Below, in pieces: positions 14,182 to 27,461 of a DNA stretch of 64,000 bases. Both the position numbers and the translations under genes were made by a program. A model generated the notes under the pieces. It ran no database searches and was not told the DNA's origin. It worked only from the letters and a program-made list of their open reading frames with translations. Each line of letters starts with the position of its first letter. Positions within the stretch are counted from its first letter, which is position 1. The DNA is from Vicugna vicugna (lineage: Eukaryota). The stretch covers positions 4,651,050 through 4,715,049 of the forward strand of contig MU058781.1 of the NCBI GenBank assembly GCA_013265495.1. The letters run 5' to 3'.

Positions 14182-14706
14182 TGTATTAGTTATCCACTGC
14201 TGTGCAACAAATTACCCCCAAACTGAGTAGCTTAATACTAGATATTTATTATCTCTCAGGGTTGCTCTGGGTCAGAACTTTGAGAGCTGGGCAGTGCTGG
14301 CTCAGGATGGTTTATGGGGTTGCAGACAGATGTTGGCTGGGGCTGTGGTCATCTGAAGGCTTGACTGGGGCTGGAGGATTGAGGATCCCCATCGAAAATG
14401 GCTTGCCTGGGCTGTTAATGGGATGCTGCAGTTCCTGAACACATGGGCCACTTTATAGGCCTGACTGAGTGTCCTCATAACATGGCAATTAGTTTGACCC
14501 AGAGTCAGTGATCCAAAAGAGAGAGCCACAAAGAAGCCATAACAGTTTTATGACCTAGCCTTGGAAGTCACGCTGTATAACTTCCGCCACTCTCTATTCA
14601 TTAGAAGAGAGTAGCGAGCCTGACCCACCTTGGAGACGAAGGAAAACAAGCACCATCTTTCGGAAGGAGCATGACAAAGAATTTGCAGACATATTTTATT
14701 GTCACA
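14182..14706 (-). mobile_element. MaLR LTR (MLT1F-like)
   Basis: TGTATTAGTTATCCACTGCTGTGCAACAAATTACCCC...GGTCATCTGAAGGCTTGACTGGGGCTGGAGGAT. Confidence 0.7.
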
Positions 14707-14859
14707 GGAGATACCTTCCTTCATGCTGTACATATTTACTGTGCACAGACTGTTTGACAAACATCACATTAACGCTGGATTTACCACAGAGGATAAGAAT
14801 TAGGACTGTCCTCGAGGACCTTATAGACCATTAGAAGAATACACATAAGACAGAGCAAA

Positions 14860-15560
14860 ACCCCTCAGGCCAATTAGGAGGCCTACTATTAAAAAAAAAA
14901 AAAACAGAAAATAACAAGTGTTGGTGAGGATGTGGAGAAATCAGAACCCTTGTGCACTGTTGGCGGGAATATAAAACGGTGTAACTGCTCTGGAAAAGTG
15001 TGGAGTTTCCCTACAAAATTAAACAAAGAATTGTGTAAGTTAGCAATCCTACTTCTGAATATATATTCAAAAGAGTTGAAAGCAGGGTCTCAACGAGCTA
15101 TTTGCACACCCATCCATGTTCACAGCAGCACTACTGAAAATAACCAAGAGGTGAAAGCAACCCAAATGTTCCTCAATGGATGGACAAATGATCGATGACA
15201 TGCTATTCAGATTTAAAAAGAAGGAAATCCTGTTGCATGCTACAACATAGATGAAACTTGAGGACACTTTTCTGAGTGAAATAAGCCAGTCACAAAAAGA
15301 GAAATACTGTTACGATTTCACTTATATGAGTTATCCAAGACAATCACATTCATAGAAACAGAAAGTAGAATGGGGATTGCCAGGGGCTGGGGGGAAGGAG
15401 CGAGGGGAGTTACTGTTCAGTGAGTATAGAATTTCTAATCTGCAAGATGAAAGAATTCTGGAGATCTATTTCCCAACAACGTGAATATACTTATTACTGA
15501 ACGGCACATTCAAAAACGGTTAAGACTGTAAATTTTATGTTATGTGTTTTTTGCTAAAAA
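14860..15560 (+). mobile_element. L1 (L1MB-like) ORF2 end and 3'UTR
   Basis: AATAACAAGTGTTGGTGAGGATGTGGAGAAA...AGTGAAATAAGCCAGTCACAAAAAGA...GTAAATTTTATGTTATGTG. Confidence 0.85.
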
Positions 15561-15740
15561 TGCTTTTGGAAAGAAAGAAAAGAGCCAAGCACAAAACTGT
15601 AAACCACTGGGCGCTGTAGGACCACTTAGGCCACCTACAGCAGTAAGAGTTTTCCTAGAAGAGATGTCTTCCCAGCAGAGCCCTGAGGAGCACTTAGGAG
15701 CATGTAAAGGGAAGTGCAGGTCACGCAGTCGGGTAGAGAA

Positions 15741-15990
15741 ACATCTTCCAAACATAGCTGTGACTCATGGATGAGTCACAAAGTCAACTTAGGGCGTCCT
15801 GACCAGCATTTTCACTTAAATGGAATAGAATGGAATGCATCAGAGTGAAATGCACGCAAAAAGGATCTTTTTGTAGAGCTTCTGTTTCATTTATGTGTGT
15901 ATCTATGTATATCTCTGAAGTGAGTAACAGGTTATGATGTAAAATATTTTCTTAGTGTGGGTGGATTAAAAAAACATTTGAAAGGCACTG
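15741..15990. mobile_element. hAT-Charlie (Charlie4-like) DNA transposon relic
   Basis: GACCAGCATTTT...GGAATAGAAT...GATGTAAAATATTTTCTTAGTGTGGGT...TTTGAAAGGCACTG matches the recalled Charlie4 consensus. Confidence 0.6.
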
Positions 15991-16049
15991 AATTAGAGTC
16001 CAGGATGAAAAGAGGCAATGGCAAGAGAGAAGGTTGAAAATGTAGATCA

Positions 16050-16420
16050 CTCAGGACAGAGTAGGTTATACTGCAGTGACAAATGACCCCCAGATCTCAG
16101 TCACTTACAAGGGTCGAGTTCTCCCTAATGTGACTCATCCATTGCGAATCAGCGGGTGTTCCGCTTTCACTCCAGGGGACAGTAGATGGTAGGAATAACC
16201 TCTGTGCGGAACATTACTGGTCTCATGAGAGAGGGAAAGGGAACCGTGCACTGGCTATTCAACTTCTGCTTGGAAGTGCCGTCGCTGCTCACATTTCATT
16301 GACCAAAGCAAGTTGTGTGGCCAAGCTTGACATTAATGGAGCAGGGAAGGTTTAATATCCCCCTCCAAGGAAGGAAGAGCAAGATGATGGTTAAGAACAA
16401 TAACAGAGTCTGCCCCAAGA
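16050..16420 (-). mobile_element. Old MaLR LTR (MLT1K/L-like)
   Basis: AGGTTATACTGCAGTGACAAATGACCCCCAGATCTCAGT...CACATTTCATTGACCAAAGCAAGT. Confidence 0.55.
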
Positions 16421-16738
16421 GGTAGGAGGCAGGGGAGAACCTAATCAAAACACATCTTCCAAATGACATCAAGATAGTTGGGATTTATCCTGTGGACAAT
16501 GATGACTTATTGAAAAGTTACAGGCTAGGTGATCACACTGATTCTTTTGAGAGCTCCCTCTGTCAGCAGAGTGGTGAGTAGATTGGGAGGAGATGTCAGT
16601 GAACCACTGAGGCTGGTCTTCTGGACCAAACCAACTGTCTTGCTAAAGAGGCAAAGGGCCAGCTCTTCCCTCCCAGAGAGCAATAAACCTCAAAGCCCCT
16701 CTCAGAAATTTAAGGTTAAGAAACATAAGAAATTTAAT

Positions 16739-16955
16739 TAGGAATATGGGATCAACAGATACACACCACTATTTATATAATAGATAATAAGGATTTACTG
16801 TATAGCACAGGGAGCTACATTCAGTATCTTGTAACAACATCTAATAGAAAAGAATCTGAAAAATATATATATCTATATATCTATAACTGAATCACTTTGC
16901 TATATACTTGAAGCTAACATAATATTGTAAATCAACTATATTTCAATTAAAAAAA
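16739..16955 (+). mobile_element. L1 3' end, artiodactyl/camelid type, 5'-truncated
   Basis: CTGTATAGCACAGGGAGCTACATTCAGTATC...TTGTAAATCAACTATATTTCAAT followed by an A tail. Confidence 0.85.
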
Positions 16956-16997
16956 TAAATTTAAGGGCCTCCATTTAGTATTAGCAAAAATAGCAGC

Positions 16998-17464
16998 TGC
17001 TACTACTCAGCCATCAAAAAGAATAAAATAATGCCATTTGCAGCAACATGAATAGACTTGGAGATCGTCATTCTACATGAAGTACACCAGAAAGAGAAAG
17101 AAAAATACCATATGATATCACTGATGTGTGGAATCTTAAAAAAAAAAAAGACACAAATGAACTTATTTGCAAAACAAACACAGACTCACAGACATAGAAA
17201 ACAAACGTGGATACCAGGGGGGAAAAGGGGTGGGGAGGGATAAATTGGGAATTCGAGATTTGCAGATACTAATTACTATATAGAAAACAGAAAAACAACA
17301 AGCTTCCACTGTACAGCACAGAGAACTAGGTTCAATATCTTGTAGTAGCCTATAATGAAAAAGAATATGGTAAGGAATGTATGTCTGTCTATGTAAGACT
17401 GAAACATCACACTGTACACCAGAAATGGACACAGCAGTGTAAACTGACTATACTTCAATTAAAA
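16998..17464 (+). mobile_element. L1 3' end, camelid type
   Basis: L1 3'UTR motifs with a perfect 13-bp TSD CAAAAATAGCAGC (16985-16997 and 17465-17477). Confidence 0.9.
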
Positions 17465-17704
17465 CAAAAATAGCAGCCTCTGTACAAAATGAAACGTTCA
17501 GGCACTGTATGATGATATGATCACATTTGTGTATTAGTGAGAAACTATGTATGTACATATACACATGCAGACACATACACACACACACATACATATGCAT
17601 GTGTACATATGTAAAATTTGAAACTTGGCTGGAAGGTGATGCTAAGGCTCTTGTTTATTTCCTTCCAAACACTAGTAACTTAGGTTGGTTTACATTCTGA
17701 TGGG

Positions 17705-17880
17705 AAAGAGGGTATAGCTCAGTGGTAGAGTGTGTGCCTAGCAAACACAAGTTCCCAGGCACGCAAAAGTTCCCAGGTTCATTCCCCAGGCCCTCCATAA
17801 AAAATAATAATAATAATGATAAAGCTAATTATCTCCCCCTCTGAAAATTTTTTTTTTAAATTAAATAACAATTAAGAAAA
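17705..17880 (+). mobile_element. Vic-1-type SINE (first of a tandem pair)
   Basis: GAGGGTATAGCTCAGTGGTAGAG head, with an internal duplication of AAGTTCCCAGG (17749-17759 and 17767-17777). Confidence 0.85.
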
Positions 17881-17895
17881 AAATTCTGATGGAGT

Positions 17896-18045
17896 GGGGA
17901 GGGTATAGCTTAAGTGGTAGAGCACATGCTCGGCATGCGTGAGGTCCTGGGTTCAATCCCCAGTACCTCCATTTAAAAAAATAATTAAATAAATAAACAA
18001 ACCTGATTACCTCCGCTGCCAAAAACAAAAACAAAAAAAAAACCC
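17896..18045 (+). mobile_element. Vic-1-type SINE (second of a tandem pair)
   Basis: GGGGAGGGTATAGCT...GGGTTCAATCCCCAGTACCTCC followed by the tail. Confidence 0.9.
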
Positions 18046-20059
18046 CACTAAGCTAAATTCTGGTGGAAAGGACACACTGGAAAGGCCAACATTGGAGATA
18101 CGGACAAGAGCAGACAACTGACAGAGCAAAGCCTCAGTAAAGAGGCAGAAGGCAGACTGGGGAGAAGCAGTGACCCAGCTCAGGGGGAAGCTGGGCCCTT
18201 GCTCCCTTGGGCCTGACAGAGAGGCGGGGCAGGGGCTGCACAGAGAGAGGCTTAAGTTGGGTGGCTAAGGTTGGGTGCCCTACCTACTCTGAAAAGTAGG
18301 GGGCAGGACACCTTTGGAGAATAAGGGGTCAATAACTTGGGAGAAAAGCTTTGAAGGGAGATGGGAAGTTGTAGAGGACACAGGATGAGTTCTGCTTGGC
18401 ACTGAGGACTGTTGAAGAGACAGTCTCTGGATGCCATCCACCCTGTCCATGCAGAACCTCCACCAAGACGGCCAATGTCCTCCCCTCTCCTCCTTTGTTT
18501 TGCCCACCTTTCAGCCAAGGAACCCATCGAGAATTATCTAACTATCTATACAGTGCTTCCAAAACGGAGAGGAGGGAAGAGAATTGCTACTGGAGACAAA
18601 AGAGGAATCCTAAGTTGTATTTTGACAAGATAAGAATGGAGAGAAGGACTAATACTGCAAGCAGAGGTCCATAGCTGCGTTGCAAAGGGCTCCAAGAATC
18701 AAGCCAAGAAGGGCTGGGACAGATGGAAGGGTCTTAGGCAGTTTAGAGGAAGGGTAAGACCAAGAGCTTCAGAATCAGACTGCCTGAGTGACGAAGGCAG
18801 GACCAGAACCCATTCACCCTTTCATTCAGCAAATACTGAGTTTCTCACAGACACCGCTGCTGGAGCTCCTGCAACACAGAAATAAAGACACAGCCCTTCT
18901 GGAGCTGAGATTTTAGTGGACAGGACACTAAACAAATAAACACACAATAGGGTGGATGGTGGTAAGTGCTATAGAGAAAACTCAAGTGGAAGAAGTGGGG
19001 ATGGACATGTGGGGGCAGAAAGTGGGGAGCTTTTCAATACAGGATGACCTGGGAAGGCTTCACTATGATGTGACCCAGATTTCCAGGCTTCTTTCTATAT
19101 ATGTTCTTATTTTTTTTTAATTTTATATAACCACAGCCCTTTCCTTTGGTGCCTTTTTTTTAAGCATTTTTAACAAAATGTGTGCAGAGCAGTGGTTAGG
19201 GTGTGGATTTTGACATCAGTTGTCTGCTGACTCGTGAGATATAGTTCCACTTCCTCCTTCCTGTGTGACACTGGGCAAGGGGTTCCATCTCTAGCCCTGG
19301 GTTTCTCTGTCTACAAAGAGGAGATAATAATAAATTCCCCACAGGTTTGTTGTGAAGGTAAAATCAGATCATGTATGCAAAGTGCCTGACTTTTAGTCCC
19401 CTGGCAGGAACAGGAGTGGCCAAACGAAGGCTCACAAGTGGTAGCTCTTGTTAGGAGCACGTTCTGTGTGTTTAGGTTTTAACGATGGATATTCCCAGCT
19501 CCCGCCCCCCGGGAATACTGAGTCCAGTAATCCTCACTCACCTACCTCTCTGCACCCACACTTTGCCTTGCCCCTTCCTGTAATTCTGGTGATAAACGAA
19601 ACCTCATCGAATCTGAAGATGCAATATTTCAAATTTTTGCATCTCCCATGTCACCAGGCATCTTACAGTTGATGGCATCTTATAATTGATAGATTCTTTT
19701 CTTTAGTAGTCATCTGTCTTTAAAAAAAAAAAAGTGATCCAGGAATCAATAGTGCTTAGCTATGACAAGTGTAACAACTCAGAATAAACCACAGCCAACT
19801 GGTACCCCCAGAGTTCCCATTGTGACCTAGGCATCAGCTGTTCTAATGAACAGAACCAACAGAGCAGGTCAGAATGAAGGCAAGGTCCTGGGTCCAGAAT
19901 CTGTGAGATCCTCCTAGTTTTTTTGCTAGAGGTGACACACACTGTGCCCAATAGTGAAAGGTCCAAGAGATGCCAGAAATTTGGAGAAAGTTCCATTGAT
20001 GGGATGGATACATCACCCTGCCAGAGATCTGGGCTTTTCTATTCTACTCACTCTTGAGG

Positions 20060-20490
20060 TTTAATGTTAAAAACTTTTGAACCTACAGAAAAGTTCCAAA
20101 AATAGTACAACAAACACCCACATGTTCCTCATTCAGATTCACCGATTGTTACCAGTTTGCATATTTGCTTCCCTCCCCCTTTACCTTCTCCCTCCTTATG
20201 TGTGTGTGTATATATGTCTGGATGTATATACACGCACACATGGTTTTAGTTATTTCTGTTTATTTTAAATTTTTATTTATTTATTTTCAGCTGAGTCATT
20301 TCAGAGTTTCTTGCAGACAACATGACACTTCACTCATAAAAACTTCAGCACTACTATGAACAAGGGCCTCCTGCTACAAAACCATAGTGCAATGGCCTCA
20401 TCAGGAAAGTTAACACAAACACAACACTACTACGTAACATATAGCCCATAGTTAAATTTCTCCGATTATCCCAACAAAGGCCTTTCTAAC
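20060..20490 (-). mobile_element. Old L1 (L1MC4/5-like) 3' end
   Basis: ACCTACAGAAAAGTTCCAAAAATAGTACAACAAACACCC...TTGCAGACAACATGACACTTCAC. Confidence 0.6.
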
Positions 20491-21915
20491 TGGACCAGTG
20501 CTCTTTAAATAAGAAGACATTCCTGTGGGGTTTTTTTTTGTTGGTGGTTGTTTTTTTTGCAGTTTTCTCCAGATTCAAATAAATGAATGTTCTCCTGTCA
20601 ACTAATTCCTTTGATGAGAGGGAAAACAAAATTCATATGCCACTAGAAATGAGAAAAAGGAAACAATAATTTTTTAAAAGGATAATTTATAATTTCTCAA
20701 GATATGCATACTGACGGATCCATTCTTAACAGATTGATATCTATACATCGCTACTGTCTAGCTAACCGTGCTCAGTTTTGCTCATTGGAATAAGAGCAAC
20801 TTTTTAAGAAGCAGACAGTCATATCTTGAGATTTCTTTTTGATTCTAAATTCATAGTCTGTGAATACCAACACGTCTGTTAGGTGTCTTGATTGTGGTGG
20901 TGGTTTCAGAGGTGTAGACATCTATCAAAATTCATCAAATTGTCCATCTGAAATATGTGTAGTTTACTGTACAGAAATTATACCAAAATAAAGTTGTTTT
21001 CAAAATTAAAAAAAAAAGAAATATAACATGTGTAGACTGTGGGCTCCTTTAGGTTAAGCTTGTGGATCATGCCACAGTCGTCTTTTAATTCTCAGTAATT
21101 ATACTGCAGCTGGCACACAGTAGAAACTCAAATAAATGGTGATGTGAAGGAGTGAATGAAGGCTTTTTCTGGCCACTCAGGGCAGGCTCCACTCCCCTCT
21201 ACATCTCTGTCAGTTTGCAGACGTGAGGTCTGTGTGCTCTTTTCCAGCTTGGCTGCAGTCATATAGAGACTGACACAGAGAAAGCGGGACCTGGAAAGTC
21301 AGTCCTTACTCGGCAGAGGCAAGATGTTGTTGGAACATAACAAATCTGAATCACGGCAGGTTTTAACTGCAAATAAGTTCTATCGAGAGACTGGGGATGC
21401 ACAGCAAGTGAGACCGTTTGCCCTGCACAACTCCATGCCTCCTTTGAAATAGAAACCAGGTGTTAGGCAGCAGGTGGTGAAAGCTATGGTGGGCTATAAA
21501 CCCTTCTTTAAAAAAAGAGTCCACTCAGTTTCCTTCTGAGCTTGAGGGAAACCCTCATTCTTGGACCTGTCCAGCTAGGTGAGTGAGGAAGTAAAATACC
21601 TCCTCTCAATGTGAGATGAATGCCTTTCATTCTAAAGTCTCAGACATCCTTGGGTCAGGGTTTGTGCATGATAAAATTTGGCTTCCTATTGATTAAGGGA
21701 AGAGAAAGGAAGGAGCAAGGGGGTTTTATTAAACGCATCTTCAATCCTGTATCCACTTATCCTTTAAAGAATCACACACTGTCGATACATAGAAATAAAT
21801 CAGAAATATATGGATCAAATATTTCAAAGCTACTAAAGGTATATACCATGTGGATGTAATTTCTTGTTTGAGCCAAACCAATATCCTCTCCCAACATGCT
21901 CCAAGCTGATAATTG

Positions 21916-21951
21916 AAATTCTCTCACTATGGACATATAGTGAGAGAATTT
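21916..21951. repeat. Perfect inverted repeat, 15-bp arms with a 6-nt spacer
   Basis: AAATTCTCTCACTAT-GGACAT-ATAGTGAGAGAATTT. Confidence 0.95.
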
Positions 21952-22504
21952 GGGGTTTTTTTTTTAAATTCATTCTTGTTCATTTATTTTGATTTATTTT
22001 AATTGATTGATGATTTCAATCTATTCAATAGCATCTAAATGCATGAATACTGCAAAAAAAATAAAATTCAACCAGTTTAAGTTGAAAGCCCTCTTGATTT
22101 CTTCTAATTCCTCTGCCTTTCCTGCAGGTGTCACTTCTCACAGGTATTTCAGATTCCTCTAGTTCTTTCTCTGTAGGTTCACAGACACATTAAGCAATAG
22201 AAACATGACAAGTATTGGGAAGAGGAATTGGGCCATATCATGTGTTCTATTCTGCCCTTCACTTTTTGTTCTTAATGTGTCTTAGAAATCTTTCTTCACT
22301 AAGGAATTTAAGAGGTGACCTGGACCAATGGTTTGTACCTGGGCTCCCCAGGACCCTAGGGATCCTATAGGGGTCCCTCACAGGCTGTCCCAAGGAGCAA
22401 GGAGGAGCCAGCAGGGCAGCTCCAGGCTCCTGACCCACCCCTGCCCCAGCCAAGGGGCCTCCCATTCAATCTTCCTTTCTTTGTTGATTTCCATATACAT
22501 TTTT

Positions 22505-22661
22505 TAACGGTATTCTTCTTTTTTTAAATGTTCTTTCTTTTTGGTGGGAGGAGGGGTAATTAAGTTTGTTTGTTTGTTTGTTTAAGTGGATGTACTGGGG
22601 ATTGAACCCAGGACTTCATGCATGCTAAGCACACACTCTATCACTGAGATATACCTTCCCT
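22505..22661 (-). mobile_element. Vic-1-type SINE
   Basis: Antisense SINE body. TSD TCCATATA(C/A)ATTTT starts at 22490 and 22664. Confidence 0.9.
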
Positions 22662-23546
22662 CATCCATATAAATTTTAATTTAAAGTTTTTAAAAATGTG
22701 TTGCTTTAAGAAAGGGAGTGAGAAGAATTAATCTAGGTTAAATCTTTTGTCTCTGCCTTCTACTAAAATGTAAATGTTTCTGAACAGATTTAGACAGGCA
22801 GTCTCAGATTTCATTGGCTTTTTTTTTTGAAAGCAATTTTAAGGCAAAAGTGGAAAGTAACACTGAATTGCCTCAATTTCCCCAATGTGACCAGTTTTCA
22901 AAAGACTAGAGACAGAAAGGATTGGGAAAGGCCAGGGATAGAAGCAGACAGATATCCTGGCCACTTTCTCTCTCCTCCCATGTGTTCATCTTAGGTCTTG
23001 TATATTGCTGTGTATGTGTTACTGTGTATACTTTTCATACAACCAGGGTATCACTTCCCATGTGCATCCTGAATCTTCTCTGGGTTTTCTCTAAGCCCTA
23101 GATTCTGGACCTTCCTGTACTGCTGCTACAAACCCATATCCCCACAAATGGTCAACATTGTACTCATATCCAGAAGGAATGGGGGGGAAAAATCTGACGA
23201 GACAGGGGTGCTCCAGCCTATGGGAAACTTCCTTCCTGACTCAGGTAACCTGACTCTGAAAAATCTCTGGATCAAACAAAGCATAATAAGGCCCATCACC
23301 AAAATGCCAACGTACAAGGGGGTTCTAGAAGTCAAGTCTCCCCTCTCACTGTCAAAGTGCTTGGTTACTTGCAAAGGCAAGCGATAGGAGGACATCTCCC
23401 CAGTTGGGAAACCCAAGAACTCCTGAGTTCCTCTAAAGCTCAGTATCCTTATCCATCTAATGAAGATAATAACTATTAATCTCATTCTAAGGTTGTTGTA
23501 AGGAGTAACAAGATGCTTAAATTCTAGCTTAGTGCCTGACACAAAC

Positions 23547-23976
23547 TGTTGTGGGTTCAATTGTGTACTCCCCCCAAAAATGTGTTGAAGTCCCAGTCCC
23601 CAGTACCTCAGAATGTGACCTTATTTGGAAACCAGGTCATTGTAGATGTAATTAGTTAGGTTAAGATGAAGTCATCCTGGAGCAGGGTGGACCCTTAATC
23701 CAATATGGCTGGTGTCCATATAAGAAATGGAGAGAAACACACAGGGAGAAGACGGCCGTGTGGCAACAGAGGCAGAGTTGGAAATGGGGTAGCTACAAGC
23801 CACAGAACAGCACGGATGGCCAATAAACCACCAGAAGCCAATAAGAGACAAGGTAGATTCCCCCCCTACCAGTTTTAGAGGGAGCACAGCCCTGCCAGCA
23901 CCTTGATTTCAGACTTCCAGACTCCAGAACTAGGAAAGAATAAGTTTCTGTTACTTTAAGCAACCCAGTGTGTGGC
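23547..23976 (+). mobile_element. MaLR LTR (MLT1B/C-like)
   Basis: TGTTGTGGGTTCAATTGTGT...CCTCAGAATGTGACCTTATTTGGAAA...CCTTGATTTCAGACTTCCAG. Confidence 0.85.
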
Positions 23977-24084
23977 TGCACCCCCCCAGGCCTGCAAGCC
24001 CTGTACTTGCCCAGCCTCAGGACCTGAGGAGGAGCCCAGAGTCAGCAGCAGAGACATCAATGATACAATGGATAAGGGATCCTA

Positions 24085-24782
24085 CATGTGTAAGATCATA
24101 CCCCTTGGTATGGCTACTTTCAAAAAAACCCAGAAATTGTAACAGTAAGTGTTAGCAAAGATGTAGAGAAACTGGAACCCTTGTGCACTGTTGGTGGGAA
24201 TGCAAAATGCATAAAATACAGCCACTATGGAAAACAGTACAGAGGTCCTTCAAAACCTAAAAATGGGATTACCATATGATCCAGCAATCCCACTTCTGGA
24301 TATATATCCAGAAAAATTGAAAGAAGGATCTCAAAAAGCTATTTGCACACCCAAGTTCATCACAACATTATTTACAATAGCCAGAAGGTGGAAGCAGCCC
24401 TAGTGTCTACTGACAGATGAATGGATAAAGAAAATGTGCTAAATCCATATAATGAAATATTATTCAGCCTTAAAAAAGGACATCCTGTCACATGGACATT
24501 ATGCTAAGTGAAATGTGCCAGTTACAAAAGGACAAGTACTATATGATTTCAATTATATGAAGTGTCCAAAGTAGTCACGCTCATAGAAACAGAACGCAGA
24601 ATGGTGGTTGCCAGGGGCTGGGGGGAGGGAGAAGTGGGGAGTGGTTGGCCAATGAAAAACTTGATGGAAAAGCTCTAGAGCTCTATTGCAAAACAATGTG
24701 AATATAGTTAGCACTACTGTACTATACATTTTAAAATGGTTAAGATGGTAAATTTTATGCTATGTGCTTTTTACCATATTTA
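24085..24782 (+). mobile_element. L1 (L1MB-like) 3' end
   Basis: TTACCATATGATCCAGCAATCCCACTTCTGG...TAAAATGGTTAAGATGGTAAATTTTATG. Confidence 0.85.
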
Positions 24783-27461
24783 AATACGTGTGTGTGCATG
24801 TATATGTGTACATATACATAGATCTATGTTCTGTGAATCCACCATGATTCCTAAACAATACTATTGAATATAATGATTTAAATGAAAATTATTACAGATT
24901 TGAGGCTTAATTTTTTAACTTAACAAATAAGAATTTTAATAAATAATATTTAATGTATAGTGATATGTCTTCAAAATATATAAACAAATGTCTTAACACA
25001 GTCGATTCTTACAAAAAAACAACTGTGAGAAACTATACATTCTGACCATGTTTTCATCATAGTATTAGCTAATATTCACTGGATGCTTACTCTGTTCCAG
25101 GCATTATTCATATTTTTATCTCATTTAATTCTCATGCCTATCCTGTGATACAGGTTTAAAACTGAGGCACTGAGTGTAATAGTGATTTGCCCAGGGTCAC
25201 ACAAGGACTGGACCCAGGCTTTGAACTCAAGCCAACGCAAGCACCTAATCTTGTCCCCCACACTAAGCTGCCTCTGTCATAACCTCTGCCCCTGGTTTTC
25301 TCTGCATGGCAGTGTTGACATTGTGATGTGAGCCTGGGTTTAGAGTTATCCATCCACCATCCCCCAGACGAGGGGAGTTGAGAAGGATGATGTGGTCCAG
25401 TTACCATTTCATCACGTGCCGTCACAATCCAGTGAACCCTGCATCTGCTGGCCCCCATCTCCTCCTTCTCTCCTGATAGCTCCCCAGTGGGCTTGCCTGT
25501 GGGAAATCCTGGCCTTACCTCAGAACTGGGAGAAGGCACACTCACTCAAGGAGGGCATCTGACAAAAATGGGGCTCCTGCTACTTCAGAAGGCAGGGGAA
25601 AGTGCACATAAATGAGCGTATTTTCAGATTTGATTTGAACATTCAATTTCATCTGTGTGCAGCATGTGTTTCATTTTTCAGGCAACTGAGTCCTGCAAAA
25701 CACAAGGTTCCAGAACGCCATTCCTGTTTGTGTAATTCTGTGTGAAATAAGTTCCAGAACTATGTTCCTGCACACAGCCCCCCAAAATAGCAATATGTGT
25801 GCATACATATGTATATACATGTCTAAGTACCAGGTAATGCAGCATAAATATGGAAGTGGAATGAGCAAGCACATGTTTAGAAGAGCTGAAAAGAAGCACA
25901 GCAGACAGAGCCTGGGTTTTAGGGCCAGACTTCTATTCCGGCTTCATCATTTGCTAGTGAGGGAGCGTATAGGCAAAGTACTAACACCCAGACAGAGACA
26001 CACAAAACCCTAAACAGAGCAGCCTCTCTCTGACTACAGGACAATGGTGAGGGTGAGACACAAATCCACCATCAGGATTGCATTCTTCCATCTTTTCTGA
26101 TCACTTTGCCCTAAGAAAATGTTGCCATTTTTCTAACTACTTTCCAAGATCTTAACCCAAGGGAACCTGACAGTTTTCTCCATCACTCTTCCAACAAATA
26201 GCTCAACTAAACAGCTTTCCCTCTCTCCCTGATATGTGGCAGGTTTTTTGTTTGTTTGGTTTTTTGTTTGTTTGTTTGTTTGTTTTGGTTATTCCCCTCC
26301 TCTGTCTGAGGGCTTCCTGCAGACCAATAGGAAAACCATCCCAGAGAATCAGTGGAGAGCCTGTTTGCAAAGAAGTACCGCACAGCCCAAGCAAGGGCCC
26401 CTTTGAGAAATAGGAAACTGTCAGGAAGGTGGATAGAATGAACCTGATTTCCCATTATTTTTTTCAATAGATGGAGTCCAGTTTGCCTCAGCTATAATCC
26501 AGGCATAACATTTATATGAGAACATAAAATACTACACAGCTCTAAGTAAAACAATATGTGTGTTCCTGAATAACAGTGATACCACTTGCCAGTGAGACTA
26601 TATTTTGACCAAATAAAAGATGACCTAAATTTGACTCAGTGGGATGGGATTTACTACATGATTGCTTCTTGAAAATAAAGGGATAGAGACAGAGGGGATT
26701 CCCTGAGGGTAGAAGGAAATGGACAAGGAGAACAACAGAAAAAGAGGATGGAGGGTTATACGATTAGGACTTGACTTGAAAGCTCCAATCATAGAAAGAA
26801 TAAAGGGCACCTAACTTTAACTGTGTAGTGTGTCCCTCCCAAATAAAACCTTGTTTTATATGAAACATCCATATTGCATACTCCCACATGGGCAGACATC
26901 AAACATATAGAGAAGTGAGTTTTCAACCATAACCATAACGGGAGACAATCATTATAAACACTTCAGTTTACAATGGCTTTTATGCATTCCTCCAATCCTT
27001 CCTTCATTCACATGTATGGTCACTTAACAAATATGCTTTGTGGTCTTAATATGGAACAGGCTCTCTGCTGCAACAAGACACAGCCCTGCCCTGAGGGAGT
27101 TCACAGTCCTGCCGGGAGGGAACCCAGGAATGGGGCCCTTTCAATCCCGTGTGTTAAGGGCCAAGAGGGGAAAAAATCTCAACACAGGGTGCTGTACCAG
27201 TGCAGAGACATGTACAAGGGATCTTAAGACCACACACAAGAGGACACTGAATGACCCAGAGGGACCACAGTTGATAACCCTGGACTTGGATTCGTAAAAA
27301 GGAAGAGGAGGGAGTAAATCAGAGAAACTGGAAAAGAGCACAGAGCAACTTATCATCCAAATCACAAACAACAACAGGTAAAGCTCCAGGTGCATGGCTC
27401 TTACACACATTCTCACATTTGAATAATACACAGACTGTTCCCAGATGTTTTGGTAAGCATA

